Positions 49,109 to 55,990 of a stretch of 55,990 nt of DNA are shown here, piece by piece. The notes under the pieces are model-generated. The model made no database searches, was not told the origin of the DNA, and saw only the letters and a list, made by a program, of their open reading frames with translations. Numbering within the stretch: position 1 is the stretch's first letter; every line of letters begins with the position of its first letter. The DNA is from a virus (taxonomy: Duplodnaviria > Caudoviricetes). The stretch is from positions 1 to 55,990 of the IMG/VR virus record IMGVR_UViG_3300030329_003406; one strand, given 5' to 3'. Position numbers and translations under genes: made by a program.

Positions 49109-49962
49109 TGGAATCAGAGTTTTATATAGAAGGTAAGGCCTGGGATAAAGTGATAAACTATGCACGATCTGCTTATGGTCAGTTTAAAGCTGAAATAGGT
49201 GGAATGATGGTAGTTGTTAAAGATCAGGATGGTGATTGGGAGTTAAAAGATCCAGTGATCATGAAACAAGAAGTGACTGCAGGTAATACTCATTTAGATA
49301 AAGATGAACTTGCTAAATATTATACTAAAGCAGCGATGAAATATGCCAAAGAAGAATTTAGATTCTGTTGGTGGCATTCTCATCATACAATGGGAGCTTT
49401 CTGGAGTGGTACTGACACTAATACTATAGATGAGTTTAGTGATGGAGACTTTAGCTTTGCTTTAGTAGTTAATCTTAAGGAAGAATATAAGTTTAGAGTA
49501 TCTGTATGGAAACCTATAGAGGCACATGAAGATGTTGAGCTTAATATACTTACTAAAGAAAAGAAAGTTCCAAAGAAAATAGAAGATGAGGTAAAAGAAA
49601 TGTGTCAAGCTGGAAATACAGCATGGAGGCATAAGTCCCTTAATAACAATTACTTACGTCCACAAGAAACACTATTTAATTTACCTTATGAACAAAATGA
49701 AGTGCCGTATGCACAGGTATATAAACTAATAGATAGACTACATAGAAATCTTATAGCTGGTGAAGTTACTTATGGTGATTACTATAGAAAGATACAAGAT
49801 GAAAATGAACGTCTAAAGACAGAAAATCTTGGCATGCGAATAAAGGTACTTAAAGAAGAAGAGTTAGCTAATGAATTATTATTCTCTACTCCTACAGATT
49901 TCATAGAAGAAGAAATAATAGATGATGAGTTAACCGATTGGAATAGGGGCTTCTTATGTTAA
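49108..49962 (+). CDS. JAB/MPN+ (JAMM) metallopeptidase
   Basis: E29 (KAEIGG) and WWHSHHTMGAFWSGTD (H90, H92, S100, D103). Confidence 0.88.
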   Translation: MESEFYIEGKAWDKVINYARSAYGQFKAEIGGMMVVVKDQDGDWELKDPVIMKQEVTAGNTHLDKDELAKYYTKAAMKYAKEEFRFCWWHSHHTMGAFWSGTDTNTIDEFSDGDFSFALVVNLKEEYKFRVSVWKPIEAHEDVELNILTKEKKVPKKIEDEVKEMCQAGNTAWRHKSLNNNYLRPQETLFNLPYEQNEVPYAQVYKLIDRLHRNLIAGEVTYGDYYRKIQDENERLKTENLGMRIKVLKEEELANELLFSTPTDFIEEEIIDDELTDWNRGFLC

Positions 49963-50624
49963 ATGCAAGGTATTCTGGAATAGTAGATAATGCTAACCAG
50001 TTTGTCTTTCATATCTTGGGCTGTGGAGCTATTGGTAGTTCTGCAGCCACCCAGATATGCAGGATGGGCGGTGAGAAGTTCTATCTATATGATTATGATC
50101 AAGTAGAGAGCGTTAATATAGGCGTGTCTCAATACAATCATGATGATATAGGTAAAAATAAAGTAGATGCTTTAAAAGAACATCTATTAAGTATCAATCC
50201 TAATATAAAAGTAGAGGTAGAACATGCTTTATTTGAGCATTATTCATACCAAGGTGAGAATGATATAGCTATATTAGGGTTTGATAGTATGAAATCAAGA
50301 TTAGATGCAGTAGAAGCGCTTTGTAGATTCAAGAATGCTAAGCCTAAATATATTATTGACGGTCGTATGGGAGCTGAACATTATCAGCAATATATAATAG
50401 ATAAGCCGACAGTCGCTAAATATACAAAATGTTGGTATTCTGATGAGACAGGAAGCACAGAACCTTGTAATGCAAAAGCTACAAGTTACTGCTCTAATAT
50501 GAGTGGCTCATTTATAGCTAACTCAGTTAGAAAGCTGATCATGAACCAGCCATATAATAGAGAGTTCTCGTTTAACTTCCCAATTATGTTGTTGGAAAAA
50601 ACAAAAATGATTAGTAAATTATAG
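49956..50624 (+). CDS. E1-like ThiF/MoeB adenylating enzyme
   Basis: GCGAIG, DYDQVESVN, GKNKV, GFDSMKSR and IDGRMG; candidate catalytic C171 (EPCNAK). Confidence 0.92.
   Translation: MLNARYSGIVDNANQFVFHILGCGAIGSSAATQICRMGGEKFYLYDYDQVESVNIGVSQYNHDDIGKNKVDALKEHLLSINPNIKVEVEHALFEHYSYQGENDIAILGFDSMKSRLDAVEALCRFKNAKPKYIIDGRMGAEHYQQYIIDKPTVAKYTKCWYSDETGSTEPCNAKATSYCSNMSGSFIANSVRKLIMNQPYNREFSFNFPIMLLEKTKMISKL
50592..50620 (+). promoter_or_regulatory. Sigma70-like promoter of the recombination/replication operon
   Basis: TTGGAA-N17-TAAATT. Confidence 0.5.
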
Positions 50625-50628
50625 GTAC

Positions 50629-50826
50629 AAGAGGTTGATATAAATCAATAACTGATCCTCCTGGAACAACAGTGATATTAAATGTAATCGCGGCTTATAG
50701 GTATGGGCATTCCCTACTAATACATTTAGCGAACCTGAGTGTAGCGCATTTAATATATAAATCTGGCGGCGAAAGGGTAATAAGTCCTGTATGGCAAGGA
50801 AAATGTGAGATTTATTTCTGCCTCTT
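50629..50826 (+). ncRNA. ~200-nt multibranched RNA leader
   Basis: AAGAGGT/GCCTCTT closes TTGAT/ATCAA, ACTG/CAGT, ATATTAAATGT/GCATTTAATAT and ATAAATCT/AGATTTAT. Confidence 0.55.
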
Positions 50827-50850
50827 TCCTATCTAATAAAAGGAGTAACA

Positions 50851-51354
50851 ATGGAAGAAAATACAACACCTGAAGTTCAGGTGAAGGAAACTTCGTCCCC
50901 TCAAGATAATGTATGGAAATCAGATACTATAGGTAAGCTATCAGCTGCGCTATCTAAAGCTCAAGGTGAAATGAAAGGTGCTGCTAGTAAGAGTACCAAT
51001 CCTTTCTTTAATAGCTCGTATGCTGACTTACACACAGTAATAGAATCATCTGTACCATATCTATCTAAGCATGGGATATCGGTAATACAAGGAACTGAAT
51101 TTGATATGGTTTGTGGATACTTTGTAACTACAAGGTTAATGCATGAATCAGGCGAATGGGTTCAAACAAGAGTAAGATGCCCTCTCGGTGGCAAGAAGGA
51201 TATACAGGCTGTGGGTAGTGCAATAACTTACGGGAGAAGATACGGCTTATCAGCTATGGCTGGTATAGCACAACATGATGATGATGGGAACTCAAATACA
51301 AATAGAAGTTTGAGCAAACAACATCAACAACAAATGCAAAAACAAGGAGCTTAA
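50851..51354 (+). CDS. erf: ERF-family single-strand annealing protein
   Basis: NPFFNSSYADL, LMHESGEW and GSAITYGRRYGLSAMAGI. Confidence 0.9.
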   Translation: MEENTTPEVQVKETSSPQDNVWKSDTIGKLSAALSKAQGEMKGAASKSTNPFFNSSYADLHTVIESSVPYLSKHGISVIQGTEFDMVCGYFVTTRLMHESGEWVQTRVRCPLGGKKDIQAVGSAITYGRRYGLSAMAGIAQHDDDGNSNTNRSLSKQHQQQMQKQGA

Positions 51355-51355
51355 T

Positions 51356-51880
51356 ATGGCTAGAACATTGACAGTTAGAAAAGGTAATGGAGCTAATCCT
51401 TATTCAGAAGGTTGGCATAGAGTAACTATCTCTAGTGCTAAATATGGAGAATGGAATGGATCTAAATTCCTAGACGTATGTTTCGAAGGATATTCTGAGA
51501 AATGTAACATGAGAGTATACGAGAAAATGGGGAAAGATGGAGAAGAATTTGCTATAGGGCAAGTATTCCGCTTTGCAGATGCTGGTATAACTGATGGGTT
51601 AGAAGATGCTGATGGTAACGTGACTATTAAAATGGATGATTCACCTGATACTTTGGTAGGAAAAGAAGTAAACATATTCCTATATAAAGATGGTGAGTAC
51701 TCAAGAGTATTAAGTCAAGTTGCACCAGTTACATTTAAAAATATAATAGAAGAGTTTACTGATAGTGATGTAGATTTCTGGAAAGGTAAAGCTGATACCT
51801 ATTATACTAAATACATACAACCGAAGTTGTCTAATACTACTACGGAGACAAATGATGTAACGGCAGATATGCCATTCTAA
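51356..51880 (+). CDS. Putative single-stranded DNA-binding protein
   Basis: Follows ERF; EGWHRVTI start; acidic tail ending DMPF. Confidence 0.65.
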   Translation: MARTLTVRKGNGANPYSEGWHRVTISSAKYGEWNGSKFLDVCFEGYSEKCNMRVYEKMGKDGEEFAIGQVFRFADAGITDGLEDADGNVTIKMDDSPDTLVGKEVNIFLYKDGEYSRVLSQVAPVTFKNIIEEFTDSDVDFWKGKADTYYTKYIQPKLSNTTTETNDVTADMPF

Positions 51881-51884
51881 TAAA

Positions 51885-51972
51885 TAATTATAGAGTGAGT
51901 ACGTTTCCTGCCAACAGGCAATACCAAAGTAGAAAGATCGCACAAGTTCTTAACTGCTCACTCTATTAATTA
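51885..51972 (+). ncRNA. Cloverleaf-like (four-way) RNA element with a ~20-bp closing stem
   Basis: ATAGAGTGAGTA/TGCTCACTCTAT; inner CCTG/CAGG, TAC/GTA and AAGA/TCTT. Confidence 0.5.
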
Positions 51973-51985
51973 ACAGGGAGAAAAA

Positions 51986-52159
51986 ATGATAAAAGATTTG
52001 ATAAAAATTATTGATACATATTTAGATGTAGAACAAAGACATTACGAAGAAAATCCAAAGAAAGATCATGTGTTTCATTCATTATTAAATTTATCTTTAT
52101 GGGTAAAAGAAAATCATACTATGAAGGAGGATAATAATGATAAAAGAGTTCGCATTTAG
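51986..52159 (+). CDS. Small hypothetical protein (57 aa)
   Basis: GGGAG RBS; start sequence duplicates that of the primase gene. Confidence 0.55.
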   Translation: MIKDLIKIIDTYLDVEQRHYEENPKKDHVFHSLLNLSLWVKENHTMKEDNNDKRVRI

Positions 52160-53897
52160 CTTATCAAAGAGGCATTACTTTCAAGATGCATCTGAAGAAG
52201 CTAATTGGCATAGACTAGATAGCGATACGTTTATGTCTTTATATGACTATGATGAATATGTCAAAGAATACTTCGCTAAGCACAACACACTAGCTGGATA
52301 TGATGGCTTATTATATATGCCTGATCAGTTTATATTAGATGTAGATGGATCTTCATTTGAACAAGCTGTAAAGAAATCAATAGGATTAAAGGTATTATTA
52401 AGCGATATGGATATACCATACAGACTATTCTTTAGCGGAACAGGGTTTCACTTTAGCATACCAGCTGAAGCATTTAGATGGAAGCCAGATCCTAACTTAC
52501 ACTTAAAGGTAAAAGATGCATTAACTAAATCAGGTATATTTGAATATGCAGACCCATCAGTAACTGATAAAATTAGGCTCATAAGGGTACCAAATACATT
52601 GAATAGTAAGTCAAGGCTATACAAAGTTGAAGTGCCAGGAAATTGGCTTGAAATGGACAATTTAGAAGACAAGATATCTAAGTATGCTAAAGCACCAAAA
52701 GAGCTAGATGATACTCCACTAGAGTGTAATCCTGTATTTGATGTACTATCTAGGGAGAAAGCAAAGATAGAAAGTAAACCAGAGTTTATATCACAAGGAC
52801 GTAATCCTGATCCAGTGAACTATCCATGTATAAGTAGTATGCTTAATTCTATACCTATGGGTAGAAGGCATGGTGTAGCATTAAGATTAGCTGCATGGTT
52901 CAGATGGTTATATCCAGAAGAAACAGTAAGATTACTAATGGAAAACTGGAGACAGCAAGTAGATGATAATAAATCTGAGTTTTCAATTAAAGAAATGGAA
53001 AGCATAGTATCTAATTGCTATGATGGTCACAATGGACAGGGATATAGGTATGGCTGTACTGATCCTATTATGGATGAATATTGCAAGAATACATGTAAAC
53101 TCTATAAGTCTAAGAAAAATCAAACACTTATGACCTCTTCAGATATGGAAACACATCTAATAGAATTCTTAAGATCAGATGCTAAGCCTATTAATTTAGG
53201 AGATATGTATCCAGGCCAAGACTTTCCTATATATCCAGGTGAAGTTGTTATGATACAAGCTCCACCTAAGAGTATGAAGACTATGTTATTACAGAACTGG
53301 ATGAATGGCTTTAAGAAACCTACATACTTTATTGAAATGGAGATGTCTCCACGACAAATATGGTCTAGGTTTGTAATGATAGAGATGAAATGGAATGAAG
53401 AGCAATTAAAAGATCACTATCAACAGATGTTTAATGGCATGGATGATAGGTTTAAATGGTTAACAGTAGATTATTCTACTCCTTATGCACATGAGCTAGA
53501 GAAAAGAATATCTATGCTGCCAGTAAAACCAGAGATAGTTGTTATTGATCATATGGGCTTATTCAGATCCAACCAGAGAGACTCTAATATGAAAATAGAA
53601 GAAGCATCTCAAGCTATAATGGAAGTTGCTGTTAAGTATAACATAATAGTATTTGCTGTTAGTGAGATAACTAAACAAGCATTCCATGAAGGTATGAATA
53701 TAGCATCATCTAAAGGATCATTTAGAACAGCATACAATACCAATAAACTTTTGTCAGTTAATCCTAAGAAGAGTATAGCTACAGGATTAATAGAGGAATT
53801 GAATATTAGATGCGAAGCTAATAGAGAAAGAGAGAATATTAACATAAACCTAAAAGTAGAAAATACGAGGATATACCATGAAGAAACTACACTTTGA
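52137..53897 (+). CDS. AEP primase-polymerase fused to a DnaB-like (SF4) helicase
   Basis: ILDVD, FSGTGFH, RLIRVPNTLNSKS, Cys cluster (YPC, YGC, YCKNTC), atypical Walker A APPKSMKT, Walker B VVIDH. Confidence 0.8.
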   Translation: MIKEFAFSLSKRHYFQDASEEANWHRLDSDTFMSLYDYDEYVKEYFAKHNTLAGYDGLLYMPDQFILDVDGSSFEQAVKKSIGLKVLLSDMDIPYRLFFSGTGFHFSIPAEAFRWKPDPNLHLKVKDALTKSGIFEYADPSVTDKIRLIRVPNTLNSKSRLYKVEVPGNWLEMDNLEDKISKYAKAPKELDDTPLECNPVFDVLSREKAKIESKPEFISQGRNPDPVNYPCISSMLNSIPMGRRHGVALRLAAWFRWLYPEETVRLLMENWRQQVDDNKSEFSIKEMESIVSNCYDGHNGQGYRYGCTDPIMDEYCKNTCKLYKSKKNQTLMTSSDMETHLIEFLRSDAKPINLGDMYPGQDFPIYPGEVVMIQAPPKSMKTMLLQNWMNGFKKPTYFIEMEMSPRQIWSRFVMIEMKWNEEQLKDHYQQMFNGMDDRFKWLTVDYSTPYAHELEKRISMLPVKPEIVVIDHMGLFRSNQRDSNMKIEEASQAIMEVAVKYNIIVFAVSEITKQAFHEGMNIASSKGSFRTAYNTNKLLSVNPKKSIATGLIEELNIRCEANRERENININLKVENTRIYHEETTL

Positions 53898-54207
53898 TGT
53901 ATTCTTTGACCATATAATAGGAGAAGTTAAAAACACTAGAGATGAAGGTCAGAAAGAATATGCAAGAACTGAAGATAATATATTTGCAAACTTCGAAAGA
54001 GTAGCAGATTGTCTTAAAATAGAAAGAGAGAAAGTCTTGATGGTTTATCTCTTAAAACATATAGATGGCATATCATCCTATATAGATGGACATAAATCTC
54101 AAAGAGAAGATGTTACAGGAAGAGTTAAAGATGCAATTGTGTATTTATTATTGCTCTGGGCTATGGTTATAGGCGATGATACATTTAAAAAGCTAAAGGA
54201 GGGATAA
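53878..54207 (+). CDS. Small helical protein resembling phage nucleotide-modification-associated/MazG-like domains
   Basis: KEYA...FANFERVA...KH...DAIVYLLL pattern. Confidence 0.5.
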   Translation: MKKLHFDVFFDHIIGEVKNTRDEGQKEYARTEDNIFANFERVADCLKIEREKVLMVYLLKHIDGISSYIDGHKSQREDVTGRVKDAIVYLLLLWAMVIGDDTFKKLKEG

Positions 54208-54407
54208 TGGGCTTAAGAGATAAGTTGTTTCAAAAAGGTCTAAAGATAATAGATGACACAATAGGGAAAGATGTTAAGGTAGTAGATCAAATAACAGATA
54301 TATTCCAAGATGAGCAAGTTAAGCTACTTGAGGAATTTGATAAACGATTAACTAAAATAGAGAAATATATAGAAAGGGAGAGAGATGAGAATAAAGATGC
54401 AGGATAA
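54207..54407 (+). CDS. Hypothetical protein
   Basis: TAATG coupling; GGAGG RBS. Confidence 0.6.
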   Translation: MGLRDKLFQKGLKIIDDTIGKDVKVVDQITDIFQDEQVKLLEEFDKRLTKIEKYIERERDENKDAG

Positions 54408-54738
54408 AGTTAAAGCGATACTTTTAGAGAAGGCTGTAACTAGAGATAATGATTTCTATTTAATGTATTCTCTATGGCAAGATGAATTTAATGGTTTAAA
54501 AACTGAAAAGATGAACCATTTAGATTCATTCGATCATGTAGATGTGCTTAGACTTATGAGATTACTTAACGAGAAGAAGTTAACACATCCTAGTGCTATA
54601 ACTAGAGCTAGGAGAAAGGTTCAGGAGGTTCACCCAGAAACACGTGGAAGTTTATGGGAGAAAAGGCATAAGCGTCAAGCTCAAGTAAAAGCTGACCTGG
54701 GATATACATATCAATCTATGGGTGATGAAGTAATATGA
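54385..54738 (+). CDS. Hypothetical protein, HTH-like
   Basis: TRDND...SAITRARRKVQE motif. Confidence 0.65.
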   Translation: MRIKMQDKVKAILLEKAVTRDNDFYLMYSLWQDEFNGLKTEKMNHLDSFDHVDVLRLMRLLNEKKLTHPSAITRARRKVQEVHPETRGSLWEKRHKRQAQVKADLGYTYQSMGDEVI

Positions 54739-54893
54739 GCTTATTTGATAGAATAGCAGCAGATCAAGACTGGAGAGATGGGCATGATATGTTTAGACTG
54801 CGAGTAACTGAAGAGTTAAAGGAGATCAGGCGACAATTAAAGGAGCTTAAAGATGGAAGTAATAACACCACTCGGCAAAAGACTAAACTTTAA
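54735..54893 (+). CDS. Small hypothetical protein (52 aa)
   Basis: ATGA overlap; MSLFDRIAADQDWRDGHDMF... Confidence 0.5.
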   Translation: MSLFDRIAADQDWRDGHDMFRLRVTEELKEIRRQLKELKDGSNNTTRQKTKL

Positions 54894-55062
54894 ATGTCAA
54901 ATGTGTGACAGGTACCTAGTGAGGGGGAATGTCTATATGTGGCATCCCCCTCTCAAGAGCTTAACGGGAACACCTGATATGGAAATATGTGAGAAGTGTG
55001 CAAAGAGAGAGTTTGGAAGTAAAAGAACTAAACAATGGAAGGAACTAAATGGAATTGAATAA
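54853..55062 (+). CDS. Zinc-finger protein
   Basis: CQMC...CEKC; AGGAG RBS. Confidence 0.65.
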   Translation: MEVITPLGKRLNFKCQMCDRYLVRGNVYMWHPPLKSLTGTPDMEICEKCAKREFGSKRTKQWKELNGIE

Positions 55063-55351
55063 CAAAACACTTGAGATAATATATAAAGTATTGGATCGTG
55101 CTGAATTATGCATGGATGATTACATGAAGTGTGTTAATGAGATCGTAAGACTAGATGCATTAGACACTAAAAAGAAACCACATCTTGGCGATAACAGCAT
55201 GGAAACAATAGCACGTTCATTAAAGAAGCTAGAACTAGAAATGGGGTTTGGAATAAAAAATGACGAAAACAAGCAGCAGGAAAGCAAAAGGGAGACGGTT
55301 ACAGAACTTTGTGAGGGATATATTGAGGGAACTATATCCACAACTACATGA
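55049..55351 (+). CDS. Hypothetical protein
   Basis: AAGGA RBS; tail overlaps the resolvase gene. Confidence 0.5.
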   Translation: MELNNKTLEIIYKVLDRAELCMDDYMKCVNEIVRLDALDTKKKPHLGDNSMETIARSLKKLELEMGFGIKNDENKQQESKRETVTELCEGYIEGTISTTT

Positions 55352-55610
55352 GGATGATATAAAATCCCAAACGATGGGTATGTCTGGTGAAGACATTGTA
55401 CTATCTCCAGCAGCAAGGAAGCTAATACCATTTAGCTTTGAATGTAAGAATCAAGAAGCACTACCTTTATGGAAATCTTTAGCTCAGGCTGAAGATAATT
55501 CTAATGGTAGAGATCCAGTATTGGTAATTAAAAGAAACAGAAGTGGTATATATGCAGTAATACCATTTGATGTTTTTACTAAATTAATAGAAGGGAAGGT
55601 GGATGAGTGA
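55260..55610 (+). CDS. Holliday junction resolvase, PD-(D/E)xK (Hjc-like)
   Basis: KAKGRRLQ, GEDIVL, FSFECKNQE and LVIKRNRS. Confidence 0.8.
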   Translation: MTKTSSRKAKGRRLQNFVRDILRELYPQLHEDDIKSQTMGMSGEDIVLSPAARKLIPFSFECKNQEALPLWKSLAQAEDNSNGRDPVLVIKRNRSGIYAVIPFDVFTKLIEGKVDE

Positions 55611-55770
55611 ACTAGCAGCGTTTAATTGTGATAAAGAAAGTATATATATAAAACTATTTCCAGTATGGTTTCATGTATTATACTTAGGGAACTTTATAAC
55701 ATTCAATGTAGGATTCTTAATAATATCCCTATCATTTAGTATATCAATAGATGAGAGTGAATTTAGTTAA
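55603..55770 (+). CDS. Small hydrophobic protein (55 aa)
   Basis: Overlaps the resolvase stop; hydrophobic core. Confidence 0.5.
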   Translation: MSELAAFNCDKESIYIKLFPVWFHVLYLGNFITFNVGFLIISLSFSISIDESEFS

Positions 55771-55775
55771 CGACA

Positions 55776-55806
55776 GTAGGGGGAGGTTTTTCCTGCCTTC
55801 CCTTAC
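55776..55806. terminator. Hairpin between the convergent arms (probable terminator)
   Basis: GTAGGGGGAGGT/GCCTTCCCTTAC, 12 bp. Confidence 0.55.
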
Positions 55807-55990
55807 AACCTAGCTAATGCTTCTATCACAGCTTTTCTTTTATTTTCAGCAGATTTAGATTGCTTAGATTTTCTTTTCTTCTGTAATCCTAATGCTTTCC
55901 TAGCTTCTCTTGTAGTTATATCAAACCCAGGGTATGGTAGCTCTCCAGGATACATCCTAAAGTAATGTCTAGCTGCATCCCAACCTCTTA
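55803..55990 (-). CDS. 3' end of the 904-aa internal protein that begins at 2626
   Basis: In-frame continuation across the terminal overlap; TAA at 55803-55805. Confidence 0.8.
   Translation of the reverse strand, partial: RGWDAARHYFRMYPGELPYPGFDITTREARKALGLQKKRKSKQSKSAENKRKAVIEALARL
55892..55989. repeat. Terminal direct repeat, copy 2
   Basis: Identical to bases 1-98. Confidence 0.95.

Noticed and set aside
49956-50624. ThiF as a thiamine/molybdopterin auxiliary metabolic gene
   Set aside because: No thiG, moaE or sulfur-relay genes are present; it is coupled to JAB and E2-like genes and lacks the paired CxxC zinc motifs.
51885-51972. tRNA gene
   Set aside because: No GTTC T-loop, no D-loop GG and no 7-nt anticodon loop.
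44029-55431. Minus-strand ORFs in the early arm (44029, 46630, 47457, 48559, 48689, 51400, 51710, 52448, 52820, 53609, 55120)
   Set aside because: Antisense to well-supported plus-strand genes or RNA elements.

Overview
This is an apparently complete, circularly assembled, AT-rich dsDNA tailed-phage genome of 55,891 bp; bases 1-98 recur at 55892-55989. It has two divergent arms split at about 42.85-43.14 kb. The minus-strand arm holds the podovirus-like virion and packaging genes: TerS-like, TerL, P22-like portal, scaffold, major capsid, ring/adaptor proteins, tail fibre with an S74 chaperone, tail hub, lysis candidates and large internal proteins. One internal protein (2996 aa) carries motifs of a single-chain two-barrel (QDE-1/YonO/crAss-type) RNA polymerase, including DYDGD. 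The plus-strand arm holds early and replication genes: HNH, ERF, SSB, AEP primase-helicase and a resolvase. The standout is a complete phage-encoded ubiquitin-like conjugation cassette: Ubl ending GG-K, E2-like, JAB peptidase and E1/ThiF. The early arm also has about seven intergenic multibranched RNA structures, two of which share a conserved motif. Three genes are flanked by duplications of a translation-start sequence. No DNA polymerase, integrase, tRNA or CRISPR array was recognised. All calls come from motif reading and manual pairing; no database searches were run.
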